Notes under the pieces: model-generated
What the model was told of the DNA's origin: nothing
The model's database searches: none
The model's input: only the letters and a program-made list of their open reading frames with translations
Position numbers and translations under genes: made by a program
NCBI GenBank assembly: GCA_950097015.1
Contig: CATNEN010000029.1
Span: 7,812,001 to 7,876,000 of the forward strand
Source of the DNA: Macrostomum hystrix
Lineage: Eukaryota; Animalia; Platyhelminthes
Length of the DNA: 64,000 nucleotides
Reading direction: 5' to 3'
Shown here: one piece after another, positions 48,984-61,530 of the stretch
How positions within the stretch are numbered: position 1 is the stretch's first letter
How the letters are laid out: each line of letters begins with the position of its first letter

Positions 48984-50048
48984 CTAAACCTGCGACAATG
49001 GGTCCATCTCCATGAGGAAGCTGAGGTGCCTGTTCGTCTCTGCCCAGATCAAGCCGGCTTCCTCGGCCTCGGAATCTACGAGGTCAGCAGCAGTTGGGCG
49101 CAGCTTCTCGGTGAGATAGGCCGAGAAGTCCGACCACGAGATTACACCGTCGCAATCGGCGTCCATACGCTGGAACAGGCGCTCGGACACCTCAGCCGCC
49201 GTGACATTGGGCTGTACGGCCGGCCGGCAGGCCATGCCGCACAGACTGTAAACGCCGGTCACCACTGTCAGTAGATCGCGCCTGCTAATCTCACCGTCTT
49301 TGTCCGCGTCGTACAGAGCGAACAGCCAGTGCAGCTTGTCTTGCAGGGTGCCCCGGCTTAGACGGCTCATCACTGCCACCAGCTGTTCGAAGCAGAGCCG
49401 GTCCGACAGAGGAGGCCGCGGGCGCAGCGGCGGCTGCTGCTTGGCATCCCCAAGTGGCGCGGGTGGAAGGGTAAGGAAGCTGTCGAACAGCAGGCCGGCG
49501 TAGAGCGACGCCTCACCGAGCGGGAAGAAGTAGCCGCAGATTTCCTGGAAACTCTCGCGCTGCATAAGACCGTTCGGGCACTCCTGCTTGAACTTGGCAT
49601 AGAGCCTGCGCAATAGATGGACACTGAGCCCCGAGCTGGCAGCCAGCTCGCGCAGAGGCCTTGGCCGAGTCCTGGGCACCATCCAGGGCAGAAGTGACAT
49701 TAACTGCTCAGCATCAGCGTCTCCGACTGTGGCGCCGTTACCGCCTCCAATCCCACGACTGCGGACGCTAGCGCCACCGCCTCCGCCACGCGAAGCTCGC
49801 ATGCGTCGGCGGAGCAGTTTCCTGGAAAGCCAGCGCACGAGACCGCAGCGTTCAAGAAGAGAGCGGCGAGATTTTTCCCGGACATCAGCGTCCACATCAA
49901 CTGCGTCGACATCAACGGCTTCGATTGTCTCGCCTTCTTCGGCGTCGTACGCGAGGACTGCTTCCTCAGAGTCACTGCCTCCTCCGCTGTCACCCCCGCC
50001 GCTGCCCACGCCGCCATCTCCGTCGCTGTTGACGCAGTCGGTCACTGG
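48984..50048 (-). CDS. KCNIP: KChIP/calsenilin-like neuronal calcium sensor (EF-hand); coding region intron-free here, start codon uncertain
   Basis: Motifs LYAKFKQECPNG, FFPLGEASLYA, RGTLQDKLHWLFALYDADKDGEIS and FQRMDADCDGVISWSDF match the recoverin/KChIP family, with FK.ECP.G being KChIP-like. There is no ATG at the ORF top. The options are a phase-0 acceptor (cacag|CCA, exon start 50048) or the first in-frame ATG at 49802. Confidence 0.85.
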   Translation of the reverse strand, partial: PVTDCVNSDGDGGVGSGGGDSGGGSDSEEAVLAYDAEEGETIEAVDVDAVDVDADVREKSRRSLLERCGLVRWLSRKLLRRRMRASRGGGGGASVRSRGIGGGNGATVGDADAEQLMSLLPWMVPRTRPRPLRELAASSGLSVHLLRRLYAKFKQECPNGLMQRESFQEICGYFFPLGEASLYAGLLFDSFLTLPPAPLGDAKQQPPLRPRPPLSDRLCFEQLVAVMSRLSRGTLQDKLHWLFALYDADKDGEISRRDLLTVVTGVYSLCGMACRPAVQPNVTAAEVSERLFQRMDADCDGVISWSDFSAYLTEKLRPTAADLVDSEAEEAGLIWAETNRHLSFLMEMDPLSQV

Positions 50049-50615
50049 CTGTGTTGTAAGCTCGGCTCATTTTCGATTCCGAATCGCGCATTTCTGGCTG
50101 CAGACCCGGACTGGGGAGAAGCTGAAATGTTGATTGAGGCAGTGCAGGAAGGGTGAGTGCTCCAGTACTTGGTCTATTTTTCTAGGGAGAGTGAATCGGA
50201 AGCAGCTTTTTAGTATCGCAAAACTGGAAGGTAGACAACGACTAATCTGTTGCTATGGAAATGGGAAAAAATTTCACGCCGGTAACCGAACGCAGTTGAC
50301 TCACAATCTAGAGCAATTAAACTCGTCTCAGCGCGTAGGAGAGGCTCAGCGGCTGACAAGGCAGTTATCCCACACTCCGATTGTGCATTCTGCTAACTCA
50401 GATTTAGTACTTTTAGCCCCCTCTGAGGATCGCACCAGCGCAGTTTTTTTAATGCGATCCAAGAGTGACACGGCCAGTCGGGATGAAGACAGATCCAAAC
50501 TGCTGTAAAAGCCAGAAATCATATCGAACAATAACTAGCACTCTGAAGTCCCTCTGTCTGTCCTTTTCAGTTGCAGCTCGTTCAACCCATAGTATTCACT
50601 GTACACAGAAAATTT

Positions 50616-51670
50616 GTCCAAACAGAAGCTTCCTAGCCTCACCTGGAATCTACCAGACTGTGTCCAAACAGAAGCTTCCTAGCCTCACCTGGAATCTACC
50701 AGACTGTGTCCAAACAGAAGCTTCCTAACCTCACCTGGAATCTATTAGACTGTGTCCAAACAGAAGCTTCCTAGCCTCACCTGGAATCTACCAGACTGTG
50801 TCCAAACAGAAGCTTCCTAACCTCACCTGGAATCTATTAGACTGTGTCCAAACAGAAGCTTCCTAGCCTCACCTGGAATCTACCAGACTGTGTCCAAACA
50901 GAAGCTTCCTAGCCTCACCTGGAATCTACCAGACTGTGTCCAAACAGAAGCTTCCTAACCTCACCTGGAATCTATTAGACTGTGTCCAAACAGAAGCTTC
51001 CTAGCCTCACCTGGAATCTACCAGACTGTGTCCAAACAGAAGCTTCCTAACCTCACCTGGAATCTATTAGACTGTGTCCAAACAGAAGCTTCCTAGCCTC
51101 ACCTGGAATCTACCAGACTGTGTCCAAACAGAAGCTTCCTAGCCTCACCTGGAATCTACCAGACTGTGTCCAAACAGAAGCTTCCTAACCTCACCTGGAA
51201 TCTATTAGACTGTGTCCAAACAGAAGCTTCCTAGCCTCACCTGGAATCTACCAGACTGTGTCCAAACAGAAGCTTCCTAACCTCACCTGGAATCTATTAG
51301 ACTGTGTCCAAACAGAAGCTTCCTAGCCTCACCTGGAATCTACCAGACTGTGTCCAAACAGAAGCTTCCTAGCCTCACCTGGAATCTACCAGACTGTGTC
51401 CAAACAGAAGCTTCCTAACCTCACCTGGAATCTATTAGACTGTGTCCAAACAGAAGCTTCCTAGCCTCACCTGGAATCTACCAGACTGTGTCCAAACAGA
51501 AGCTTCCTAACCTCACCTGGAATCTATTAGACTGTGTCCAAACAGAAGCTTCCTAGCCTCACCTGGAATCTACCAGACTGTGTCCAAACAGAAGCTTCCT
51601 AGCCTCACCTGGAATCTACCAGACTGTGTCTAAACAGAAGCTTCTTAACTTCACCTGGAATATACCAGAC
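50616..51670. repeat. 46-bp minisatellite, ~23 copies, organised as a 5-unit (230-bp) higher-order repeat
   Basis: Units start at 50623+46n. Variants A (CTAGCC..CTACCAG) and B (CTAACC..CTATTAG) occur in the order AABAB four times. Confidence 0.96.
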
Positions 51671-53054
51671 AGGTAGACAGGTAGTGAGGTAGACTCGTAG
51701 ACAGACAGCTTACGTCACAGCTACAATAAGCTACGCTCTTAAACAGAAGAGCATCTTCGCAGTTTTTATAAACTCTCAAAGGGCTTTAAAATATCAATAA
51801 ACTTTTTTCGAGAGCAGCTCGTAGTCGCAGCTTATTATGAAGTTTGTTCCCTGAGCTTCATCGTGCCCCTCAGTCTCCATCCTCATATTTCTCGCAGATC
51901 AATTCGGTCCAATCAATAGGTCCACAACTAAAAAGTCCCTTGGCCACTAAAGCCTGCATTAAATTTCCAAGCCACGAAGAGGACTGCGCTCGCATTGACC
52001 GAGTTGAGAAGCGTCAGAGCTCAGAACACGAGTGACTGACAGACGGAGACCCTGTCTCCTATCCACTTTCTAATTTAACCTCGCTACTGCAGTTCACCTG
52101 GCTGCACTGTCGTATCATACTGGCTGTACAGACCAGTTGTTGGCCCAGGTACCCTAAAAGGCTTCTATTTGCACAGTGTGGGTGCAAACATTTTCCCAAT
52201 GGAAAAAAAATCATTGTAAAGTGGCTTCCGTGGCTCTGATTTCACACTCTGATTTCTACCATACGAAAAGTGCAATCGATTCGCAAACAAACAGTCAGAG
52301 AAAAGCACAGCGGCCCTCTCTGTTCTCCTGCTAACAGTGCGGACACGCAAAGGTTGCAAACAGGGCATTGTCTTACCGCGTTTCGCTATGACAGCAGCTG
52401 CACTACCGGTTTGGAGAGGCCGATAGAGAGTTGATTGATTGAGACAGGCTGGCTGTTTGAGATTCTCCCGCAGCTAGATGATCGGGGCCTCGGCTCCCAG
52501 TCTATAGGCGGGAAAGTGGGATGGGCGAGTGACGCTGGGGAAGCGAAGGGTGTGAGACGATGTGATCCAATGGCTGTATGGCTACCGAGCCAGCCGGCAA
52601 ACAATAAGCCTTCTCTTGCTCTCTCCCCTTCTTTCTTTCCTGCCCGTGTCTTTGCTGCTGCTGCTGCTAGAAGAGCAGGTAAAGAGGGTAGGAGAGAAGA
52701 CCGCCTCCCTGCCAGCCTCCAGCCTTGGCTGGGGTTCCCTCAGCCTAACAATGCACCGCATTCCCTGCTCCAGTGTCGGCATGCGCCAGCAGCTGTTGAG
52801 TACAATAAAAATGGGAGCTCAATCTCCATATTCTGCGGATTTTCAGCGATCCCAAAGCCATCCCGTGGGAATTGCAACAAATGGCTTTGATGTCTGTGAA
52901 GCCGACCGTAACAATGACGGATCTGGGAGAAGTTAAGTGGTTGCACTAGAGTTTTATATAGCTTCTGTTAGACAATTGGCATTGAAATATGCCAACAGCC
53001 TCACCCAAAGCTTCTCTAAAAAGAGAAAAAAAACTGCAGCTGCTTTCTCAGGTA

Positions 53055-53321
53055 GAATCGTAGCAAGGATCCCAACTGGAATCGTAGCAAGGATCCTAAC
53101 TGGAATCGTAGCAAGGATCCTAACTGGAATCGTAGCAAGGATCCTAACTGGAATCGTAGCAAGGATCCCAACTGGAATCGTAGCAAGGATTTCAACTGGA
53201 ATCGTAGCAAGGATTCTATCCGGAATCGTAGCAAGGATCCCAACTGGAATCGTAGCAAGGATCCCAACTGGAATCGTAGCAAGGATCCTTACTGGAATCG
53301 TAGCAAGGATCCTAACTGGAA
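53055..53321. repeat. 24-bp tandem repeat, ~11 copies (GGAATCGTAGCAAGGATCC[T/C]AACT)
   Basis: Direct inspection. Confidence 0.95.
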
Positions 53322-53766
53322 TCAAGTCGGTTTCTTTCCGCGATTTCATCGAGATTTCGTGCTGTGATTCTAGCTGCAGAAACCGGAAAAGGATTACAAT
53401 GTGTAATTTTCTGTCTGTAAAAGCATTTACTATTTTATATTTCCTACTAACGCAATCACTTTTTTCTCGCATTGGATGTAAAAGCAATAACTAGAGAACG
53501 CTTCAAGGCCCCCGATTCTTCACGACTGCTTGTATCAGGAGCAGCCGTCCAACTATTTGACCTCGGAGCTCATTAAAACTTCCACGCTCGGATGAGCACA
53601 GGGAAGACGTCGGTTGAAACAGTCCCTGCCTCAGGGTTTGAGCAAAATAAGGAGTCAAGATCGAAAAATGCTCCTGAAGTGGAAGCTGGCCTTCCTTTCT
53701 TTTCTGTCTTCTCTTTGTCAGCTTGCGCTCTTCAACTTAATTTCTTCATACCTGCCAAGGCCAAGT

Positions 53767-53855
53767 ATAGATAGATAGATAGATAGATAGATAGAGAGAT
53801 AGATAGATAGATAGATAGATAGATAAATAGATAGATTATTATTATTATTATTATT
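53767..53855. repeat. (GATA)n followed by (TTA)n microsatellite
   Basis: Direct inspection. Confidence 0.93.
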
Positions 53856-54127
53856 GAGGTGCGCACGCCGATTTTTGAGGTTTTTTGTTTTTTTTATTTG
53901 TTTTTTTTGTTTTTCGATTTTTTTTGTTTATTTTATGTTTGAGGTTAAACAAATCGATTTTTTGAAGAGAAGGCGATAGGAAAACAGTAGCATGCGTAAT
54001 TTTTGGTTAATAAAATATAAAAAAAAACAAATTTTCGAAATAAACAAAGGCATTAAAACAAAAAATGAAATATTGAAATTTAAAGAGAAAATTAAAACTG
54101 ACCGAAAGGAGAATAGCTATTGTGTCT

Positions 54128-54292
<165 letters not shown>

Positions 54293-54579
54293 AACAAATG
54301 TCATGAAGACAATTTATTCATTTTTTACTACTACCAAGCAAGCCAGCAGGAACTGACTTGAAATAAATGTCAAGTCAAACGCGCGTCAGTTACAAATTTT
54401 GCAATGAAACTATAGCGTGAGAAAAAGAAATTGTTTTACTGGACAAAATACAAATAACCCCTTAAGTTATTGAGCAAGAAAAAATATATTTCGTCTCAAC
54501 AAAAACATTAAACTTCAGCATGCAACGATGTTCACTTTTTAAAGCCTTTTAATTTATTTCTCAATCTAGGGTTTTATCT

Positions 54580-54935
54580 CACATGATCACTCACTGTCTC
54601 ACATAATCACTCACTGTCTCACATGATCACTCACTGTCTCACATAATCACTCACTGTCTCACATAATCACTCACTGTCTCCCAGAATCACTCACTGTCTC
54701 CCAGAATCACTCACTGTCTCCCAGAATCACTCACTGTCTCCCAGAATCACTCACTGTCTCCCAGAATCACTCACTGTCTCCCAGAATCACTCACTGTCTC
54801 ACATAATCACTCACTGTCTCACAGAATCACTCACTGTCTCCCAGAATCACCCACTGTCTCCCAGAATCACTCACTGTCTCACAGAGTCACTCGCTGTCTC
54901 CCAGAATCACTCACTGTCTCACAGAATCACTCACT
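54580..54935. repeat. 20-bp minisatellite, ~18 copies (AATCACTCACTGTCTC[C/A]CAG)
   Basis: Direct inspection. Confidence 0.96.
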
Positions 54936-55020
54936 TTAGTCTTGACAGCCGTTAAAAGAACAATACAAATGGGAAGCCACTGAAACGCAGCGAGTCACTC
55001 CGCCAGTCTCTCCTGCTTTT

Positions 55021-58000
55021 CTAGACGTCGCTAACTGTGAAGTCGGCAACTTTAAGTCGCCGCACGCCACTCGTCACTGGTGGCCGACTAGAAAGCGACG
55101 AAGACGAAGCCGTTAAAGTTAACGAGCAGTTTATAGCTGACAAGGAAGGTGAGAAGGGCACTCCATTTGCCACAATGAGATCTGGCCGCGGGCTGCAGGT
55201 GTCATACAGGTTGCCATCAATGCCACTAAAGAAGGGCAGCATAGTCTGGTAGGGGTTCTGCTTCTTCTGCCGGGCCGGCTGCTGCTGCTGATGCTGCTGC
55301 TGATTTTGGCGAGTCTTGGTGTGCTTTGAAGAGCGGGCTGAAACATATTAAATTTAGTTATCAATCCGTTACTGCACAGCTGAAATCTACATTAGTCTAC
55401 ACGATAGTTTTTCCCCTCGGGAGAGACTGTGGGAGTAATTTCAAAAACCCCTGCTTACAATACGTTAGCTCCCAAAGTCCACCCATATGGATCAAAGTTT
55501 TTCGCTATTTGCGATGAATGAACTTTTAAAGACGTCAGACATCAACATCGTCGAGATATTCAGCCATCCTTGTCGAACACCCTGGCGACAAGGACAACTA
55601 ACATTGCTCTGCAGAAACCTCGATGTTGAAACCGTATTGCTTTGAATAACATAAGGCTCGTAATAATTAACAATATAAATATAGTATAAAAATGGAAGCC
55701 GACAGGGGTTAAATGGTGACATTTTTAGCAGAAAAATTCTGCCTATTTTGCTGGTTTTCGCCACCTGACACCCCGACGAGAATCGTTGAATATCTCGATA
55801 TATTTAAGAAGATAAAGAAGTATTAGAAAGTATTTCTACTGTTAATCGCTATACTCTACTGGCAGTAGCGACTCACGCAACGAGTGCAGACTCATTTCTC
55901 TGGCACGATAGCGCGACGATCGTTCTTCGCCATTTTCCGCTTCCAGCGATGCACTCAGCTGTGTAAGGCTCCTTGCCGCTGCCTACAAGCACACGAAACG
56001 ATGGGTTTTCGCAGCCAAAACACCTTTGCCATCAGTCATTATTGCACTATGGCTCACCCTTTTGACTGCATCATCGTCTAGACTCTGGGAATGCAGGTAC
56101 GGCTGTTGGTGCTGCGGTAGAGACGGCGGCGGGTGAGTTAGAAGCGGGTTCAGCGCGCTGATTCTGAGACACCCGAGACGGCCGGACTGCCGGTCTCTGC
56201 TGGAGCGGCCTGTTTTGAGTGCGCACAATGAGAAGCAAGTGTCAAATGGTCTTAAAAATGCCGGCTGAGCAGTATGTGCACAGTTGCATTGCTATTGAGC
56301 AGAATATTCGGCAAATAGTGCGCCGAGTTTCTACGTGGCAGCTGCAGATTTAAGCCCGCAGGGAATGCCGCAAATGAGGCTATATGAGAAGGAGGATGGC
56401 CGATGAATGAAGCCAGAAGCCTGGACGAGTTGAGGGAGCTGTTGAACTGCTCTAAAGGGCTTTGCGACTCTCATTTTAGAGGGCTCGGGTGAAAATATGG
56501 GAGAAATGGGCCGGGGCAGAGCTGGTGCCGGATTAATTATGGGAACACAGAAGCGGCCGGCTAATCCGGGACTGGAATAGCGGGCTACAGCAGTGCTAGA
56601 CACGAGCGCTGGGACTGCACTGCCGGAATAGAGGCAGATTGGGGAAGAATTAAAAGGAGGAAGGAGAAAAGAAAAATGAGAAAAAATAGGAACTGACAAG
56701 AGAAAAAGGGTGGATGGAGTAGGAGAATTCTGGGGTGCTTGAACGGGCGTTAACAGTGTCAAAACAATAAGTACCTAATATTATCATTTTCACGCTACTT
56801 GTGACGTATATAGGACAAAATTTACCGCAACGTTGCAGTTTGAGGGCAATCAGCAGAATAAGCGATAGCACAAATGACATGGTCAAGAGGGCGGCCACTG
56901 CCACGGCGATTATCGACATGCGGGTGCCACTGGGGTCGCCGCCGCCTTCTCTACCGCTCTCATTCAGCTGGGGGGTCTGCGACGGCAGCTTCGACGGCGC
57001 TCCGAGAAGCTCGGTGCTGCCCGATCCGGCCAGCTCAACTATGAAGCTTTTGCGGGCGGGCGTGCCGGGTAGTGCGGCAGCGTCAGGCTGGGCGGAGGAG
57101 GGCTCGAAGGCCTGGTAATTGACGGAACAGAATCAGAGTACACCAGGCAATGTGCTTATGAGAGTCAGATTAAACCAGGCTCGGAGCTAACCTCGACGAT
57201 CAGTTGATAGACTGCGGCTTGGCAGAGCCCAGGCACCCGCGTCAAGAAGAGGCTGCCGGACTCCGGCTCGATAGAGAAGGTGTGCGGTTCGTCGGTTCTC
57301 GACGGTCCAACCATTCGGTAGCGAACTCGACGATGCTCAGGAATCGAGTCTGCGTCATTTACCGCAACGGCGTCTTGCCTGGTGGGCAGGGCCGCGCCGG
57401 CCAGGGCCCTGCTGCAACCAACGACAATGCGCTCCGGCTTGGGCTGGACAAAATGCGGCCGATTGTCGTTGTAATCGAGAATGACCACCCGGACTTCAAC
57501 ATCGGTGGACTGGCAAGATGGGCGGCCTCGATCTGTGGCTCGAATTCGCAGCCGGTGCTCGCTGACGCCGTTAGGCCCGTCGCGTTCAAGCTGTCGTGCA
57601 ACGAGGATCTCCCCGCTCTCAGTCTGTACGCTGAAGAATGGCGCAGTCGTGGCATCCAACAAGCTGTAGTCAACGGTGCCGTTCTCGCCCAGATCGCCAT
57701 CGACGGCCAGCACACGGCCAACAGTCGCACCCAGTCTGGAGTTCTCAGGTGCTACGAAGGAGTAACCTTCGTAGGCGGTGGCGTCCTGCGTCTGGAAGCG
57801 CGGCGAGCAGTCGTTGGAGTCGAGCACCTGCACGAATAGGCCAGCTTCGATTCGGTAAACCGGTGGTCCGTCAGTAACGTTGCCGGCCTCACCCTCGTAG
57901 TCCAGGATAACGGCGGTCAGGTTGAAGGTGTCGCGCGTCTCCCTGTCGAGCGGACCTTGCAGCTGGAGAGCGAAGGTGCGATGGCCGGGCTGTTTTACGC

Positions 58001-60705
58001 GGAAGCGGTCGGCGCCGTCGCCAATGAGTTGCAGCCGCCGAGTGTGCCGGTCCGAGTCGGCGTCAACTATTGAGAGCTGAATGTGGGGTCGGGATTGCTT
58101 TTCTTTTAGTTGCTACTTTCCCCCTTTCAGCATCACGCACATGTATACACCTTGAACGCTTAACAGTAGAAAGAAGATCACGGAGTATTTCAAATACCCA
58201 CATTGTTTATTTTTTCTGTATATCCCAACATATTTAGCTAGTCACCATTGAAATCCTAGTCCTAATCTTTCCGCTCTATCCGATGAAACAACTTTCAGAA
58301 TGACAAATCATCTGCAGGGTCGAGATATTCAACGATTCTCGTCAAAGTCTATGGTTGCAAACACCACAAAATATAGGCATCCGAGCGTACTTTTTCTGCT
58401 CATGTCTGTTTCCGGCAGAGTTTGCCGTCCACAAAGCACTTAGACGGACGCAAGCACTTTTCTTTTTTTACAGCTCATCTACTTATAAGTTAGCTCTAAT
58501 TAGTAATGATCACTGCCGCCTTATTAAAGCGATTGATTAACAGAAGTTTTTTAGCTTCCTTTCCTCAGACGCCAAACAAATCTGAGGATGGCTGTCATGC
58601 CGTTTTTCGCTTTAGTAAAGAAGCCTCACAAATTCCTGGACTGGTGTGCAATCTTCTGAGCTCTGTTCCAGCCATAAAGTCAATTTCTCGCTCCCCTTGC
58701 CCTCTTGCTTGTTACATTATTTCTAGCTAAGTCCTATTATGAAATTGAAGGATTTGCACAGACAGAAATAGACAGAGAGATGTTGCATGTTGGAAGGAAT
58801 CTGCTTTCGGGATTCTGGATAATTAGCCGGTGCGAAAAGCTGTAAACGCAGACAGCCTTGGGGAATCCGTTCAGTGAGAAACAAGCCTGTTGAGGAAAAA
58901 CACTGAGAAAATTTTGAGAATGAAGGCGGTAGCTAGGGTTTGATTGCGTGCAAAGTTGCAGCTGTGTTTTTGCTACGTTTTCAAAACAATTTTGTACAAT
59001 TGTTTTAATATCCCTGCATGCTGCACTAAAATAAAATGAACGTCACAAGAAAAATCTGAAGTGTCTTGAACTTAAAACGCTCAAAAATACACCTGAAACA
59101 CCACTGTTCCAACTGGCGTCGCTTCATTGACAGTGAAGGACAGCGGCTGAGAATCAAACCGCGGGGCGTTGTCGTTCCGGTCGAGCACGGTGACTAGAAT
59201 GCTGGCCTCGCTGCTCAACTGTGGCTCTCCGGCGTCCACGCAGCGAATATCGACCCGGTGCTGCTCCGCGGACTCCCGGTCTAGTGCCCGAACCAGGTGG
59301 AGCGCGAACTCAGCGTCGGAAGTGTTGCTCACCTGTGCCAGCTCGAACATGCCGGATGGTCGCATCAGCGAGCAGGTCACAACCGCATTCGGCCCGGAGT
59401 CGGGATCGCTGACAAAGAATCTCTGAACCAGATCTGGTATCGGAGCATTCTCTGTGAGCTTCACGGCCTGTCTGAGCACGTTGAACATCGGCGGGTTGTC
59501 GTTGGAGTCGAGAACGTTCACAGTCAGTGTAGCCGTCACCGACTTGACATCGCCATCCAATCCGTTGTCGATGGCGGCAGCCACGAGCCGGTGTTGTCGG
59601 CCTCGCGGCTCCTCGTAGTCGAGGCTATTCTGTGTGCGCAGCCGCAGCTCGCCATGGGCGTTGACAATAAAGAGGCTGTGCTGCCGAACCAGCCGATAGG
59701 TGATCAGGCCGAAGTCCCGATCGGCGTCTGTTGCTGATAGGCGAAGCAACACCTGGTTTGTGCAAAGATGGGGGCCTTTATTAAAAATTTCCAAAACTTT
59801 CCAAATCAGACAGATGTAAATTGTTTCCGGATGATCACCTCCGGTGGGTTTCTCTCCGGTACCGAGACGCTGAACAACTGATCCGGTGACCAAACCGGAG
59901 CATTATCGTTGACGTCCCGCACTATGATGCTGATGGTGAGGCTGGCGGTAAAGTGACCGCCGCCAAACGGATCTGTCGCCGTTAAGCAGTAGCGATAGGC
60001 ATACATCTGCTCAGCGTCCAGTCGTCCCACCAACTTCATGAACGGCTCAGGCATGTCCACCACCTCTAGCTGGAACGGGCCAGTATCAGTGAGGGCCGAA
60101 CCGGAGCAGTTCGTCAGTGAGTACTTTAGACGGCAGGTTGCTCTGCCAGAATCATCGGGGTCACTCGCCAGCGGAAGCGGAAATCTATACTCAAGTGGAG
60201 CGTTCTCATTTATCTTGAACAGTTCAAAGGAGCTCTGAAAACGTGTCGGCTTCGTGTCTTTATCGCGCACCGACACCTCCAGTTGGACGTCCAGATAGTT
60301 GTTTGGCTGGGTCGTGTCCTGCACGCGCATCCTGCCCCTGACGATGCAGACGTCAGAGCTGCTGGCAATGCTTCTACAGTCAATCACTGTCGATGTCGAA
60401 GGACAGGTCAGCTCTCGGTCGATGCCATTGGTTGCCAGAATGTTGCCGAAGCTGTCGACAAAAATTCGGGCGCCTTTAAGGTCGCTGTCCAGCTGGCAGA
60501 CAACGCCCCTGCCAAACTGCCATTCGGGAAAGCGACCGACAGCTTCTGATGCCAGGCGCTCCCGCAGTGAGCCGATCTTGTGAGCGCCGTCCAATATGTC
60601 CTCGAAGCGCAGATGGATGATCGCCGCCGTGCTGACGTTCAAGCAGCAGCACAGCCAGCAGCAGCAGTAGGCGATAAAAAATAGGCCGGACTGACTCGAT
60701 GGCAT
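55021..60705 (-). CDS. Protocadherin: signal peptide, 6 clear plus 1 degenerate cadherin repeats, TM helix, low-complexity cytoplasmic tail (~1090 aa, 7 exons)
   Basis: Exons 60705-59839, 59752-59093, 58076-57192, 57111-56826, 56209-56058, 55982-55877, 55337-55021, totalling 3273 nt in frame. Cadherin motifs: IDRELTC, ENAP, DVNDNAP, LDYE, DSNDNPP, LDRE, DRNDNAP, DYNDNRP. TM segment IIAVAVAALLTMSFVLSLILLIAL. The three cytoplasmic exons are inferred from phase only. Confidence 0.88.
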
Positions 60706-61254
60706 TGATTATGTTCTCGGTGAAGCGTTCGTTGGCTTACCTAGGTGTCAATAAGCGAAGCCAAATGTTGTTATAGAAATGCGATTTTTACCTAAAATGC
60801 TGGTTTCTACTACTGTTTCTATCCTAATGTCAGATAGTATTTCGAATATCTGAGTTTACTATCTGAGAAAGCCATTCCGAGTAGAAATATCTTCATATCG
60901 TGAATGCCTCATGTATGTCCAGTCATGACTAGCAACTACTTTCACCTTGGAAGTCGTTATCTAATTAGCAATGTTGCAATCCCGGTCTCGCCAGTGGCAT
61001 CCCAGCGAATAGTAACCTGTTATATTTTTTTGCAAATGAAAAAAGATTATAGTGCTAGCGTTTGTGTGAGCTGGAAACGACACTTTCAAGACCGAGATTT
61101 GGGCGGCCTATGAATACGGTAATACGCCTCTATCCAATTAGGCGTAGCTGTTTTATTAGGCGAATCTTTCCGATTCTGCATCAGCCAGTTTCGATTTCGA
61201 AAAGGAGGAGACTCAAACTTGCCAATAAAACATAAATTATAGTTGATAGAAATA

Positions 61255-61530
61255 GGGGAGTTATAGTCTAGTGGTTAGAGAGTCGCGAGGACCTAATGGT
61301 CGGGGGTTCGATTCCGGACTCCACCGGAACAATGTTTGTCCGTTAGCAAGAAACTTATCTCTGCACTGCTTCAGTTCATGCAGCTGTTAAATGGGTACCA
61401 GTGTTGGCTGGGGAAATTGAGTGTAGGTGTGGCGTTCAGTCCATGGACTGAACAGCCGTACGCAGCCTTTAGATGCGGCGCGCAATAGCTGCGGCTGTGC
61501 TGTCGGCTGCACATCTGGCCCAGTCGTGGC
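61255..61530 (+). mobile_element. SINE family A, best-preserved copy
   Basis: A-box TAGTCTAGTGG, B-box GGTTCGATTCC, core CAGCTGTTAAATGGGTACC, and a 20-bp palindrome GTTCAGTCCATGGACTGAAC at 61434-61453. Confidence 0.82.

Noticed and set aside
52937-53494. Overlapping 185-aa and 177-aa ORFs on both strands
   Set aside because: Their length comes from the in-frame 24-bp repeat; there are no domains or gene-like codon bias.
57204-57839. 211-aa plus-strand ORF and similar antisense ORFs over CEP135 and SLC17 exons
   Set aside because: These are antisense shadows of GC3-rich coding exons.
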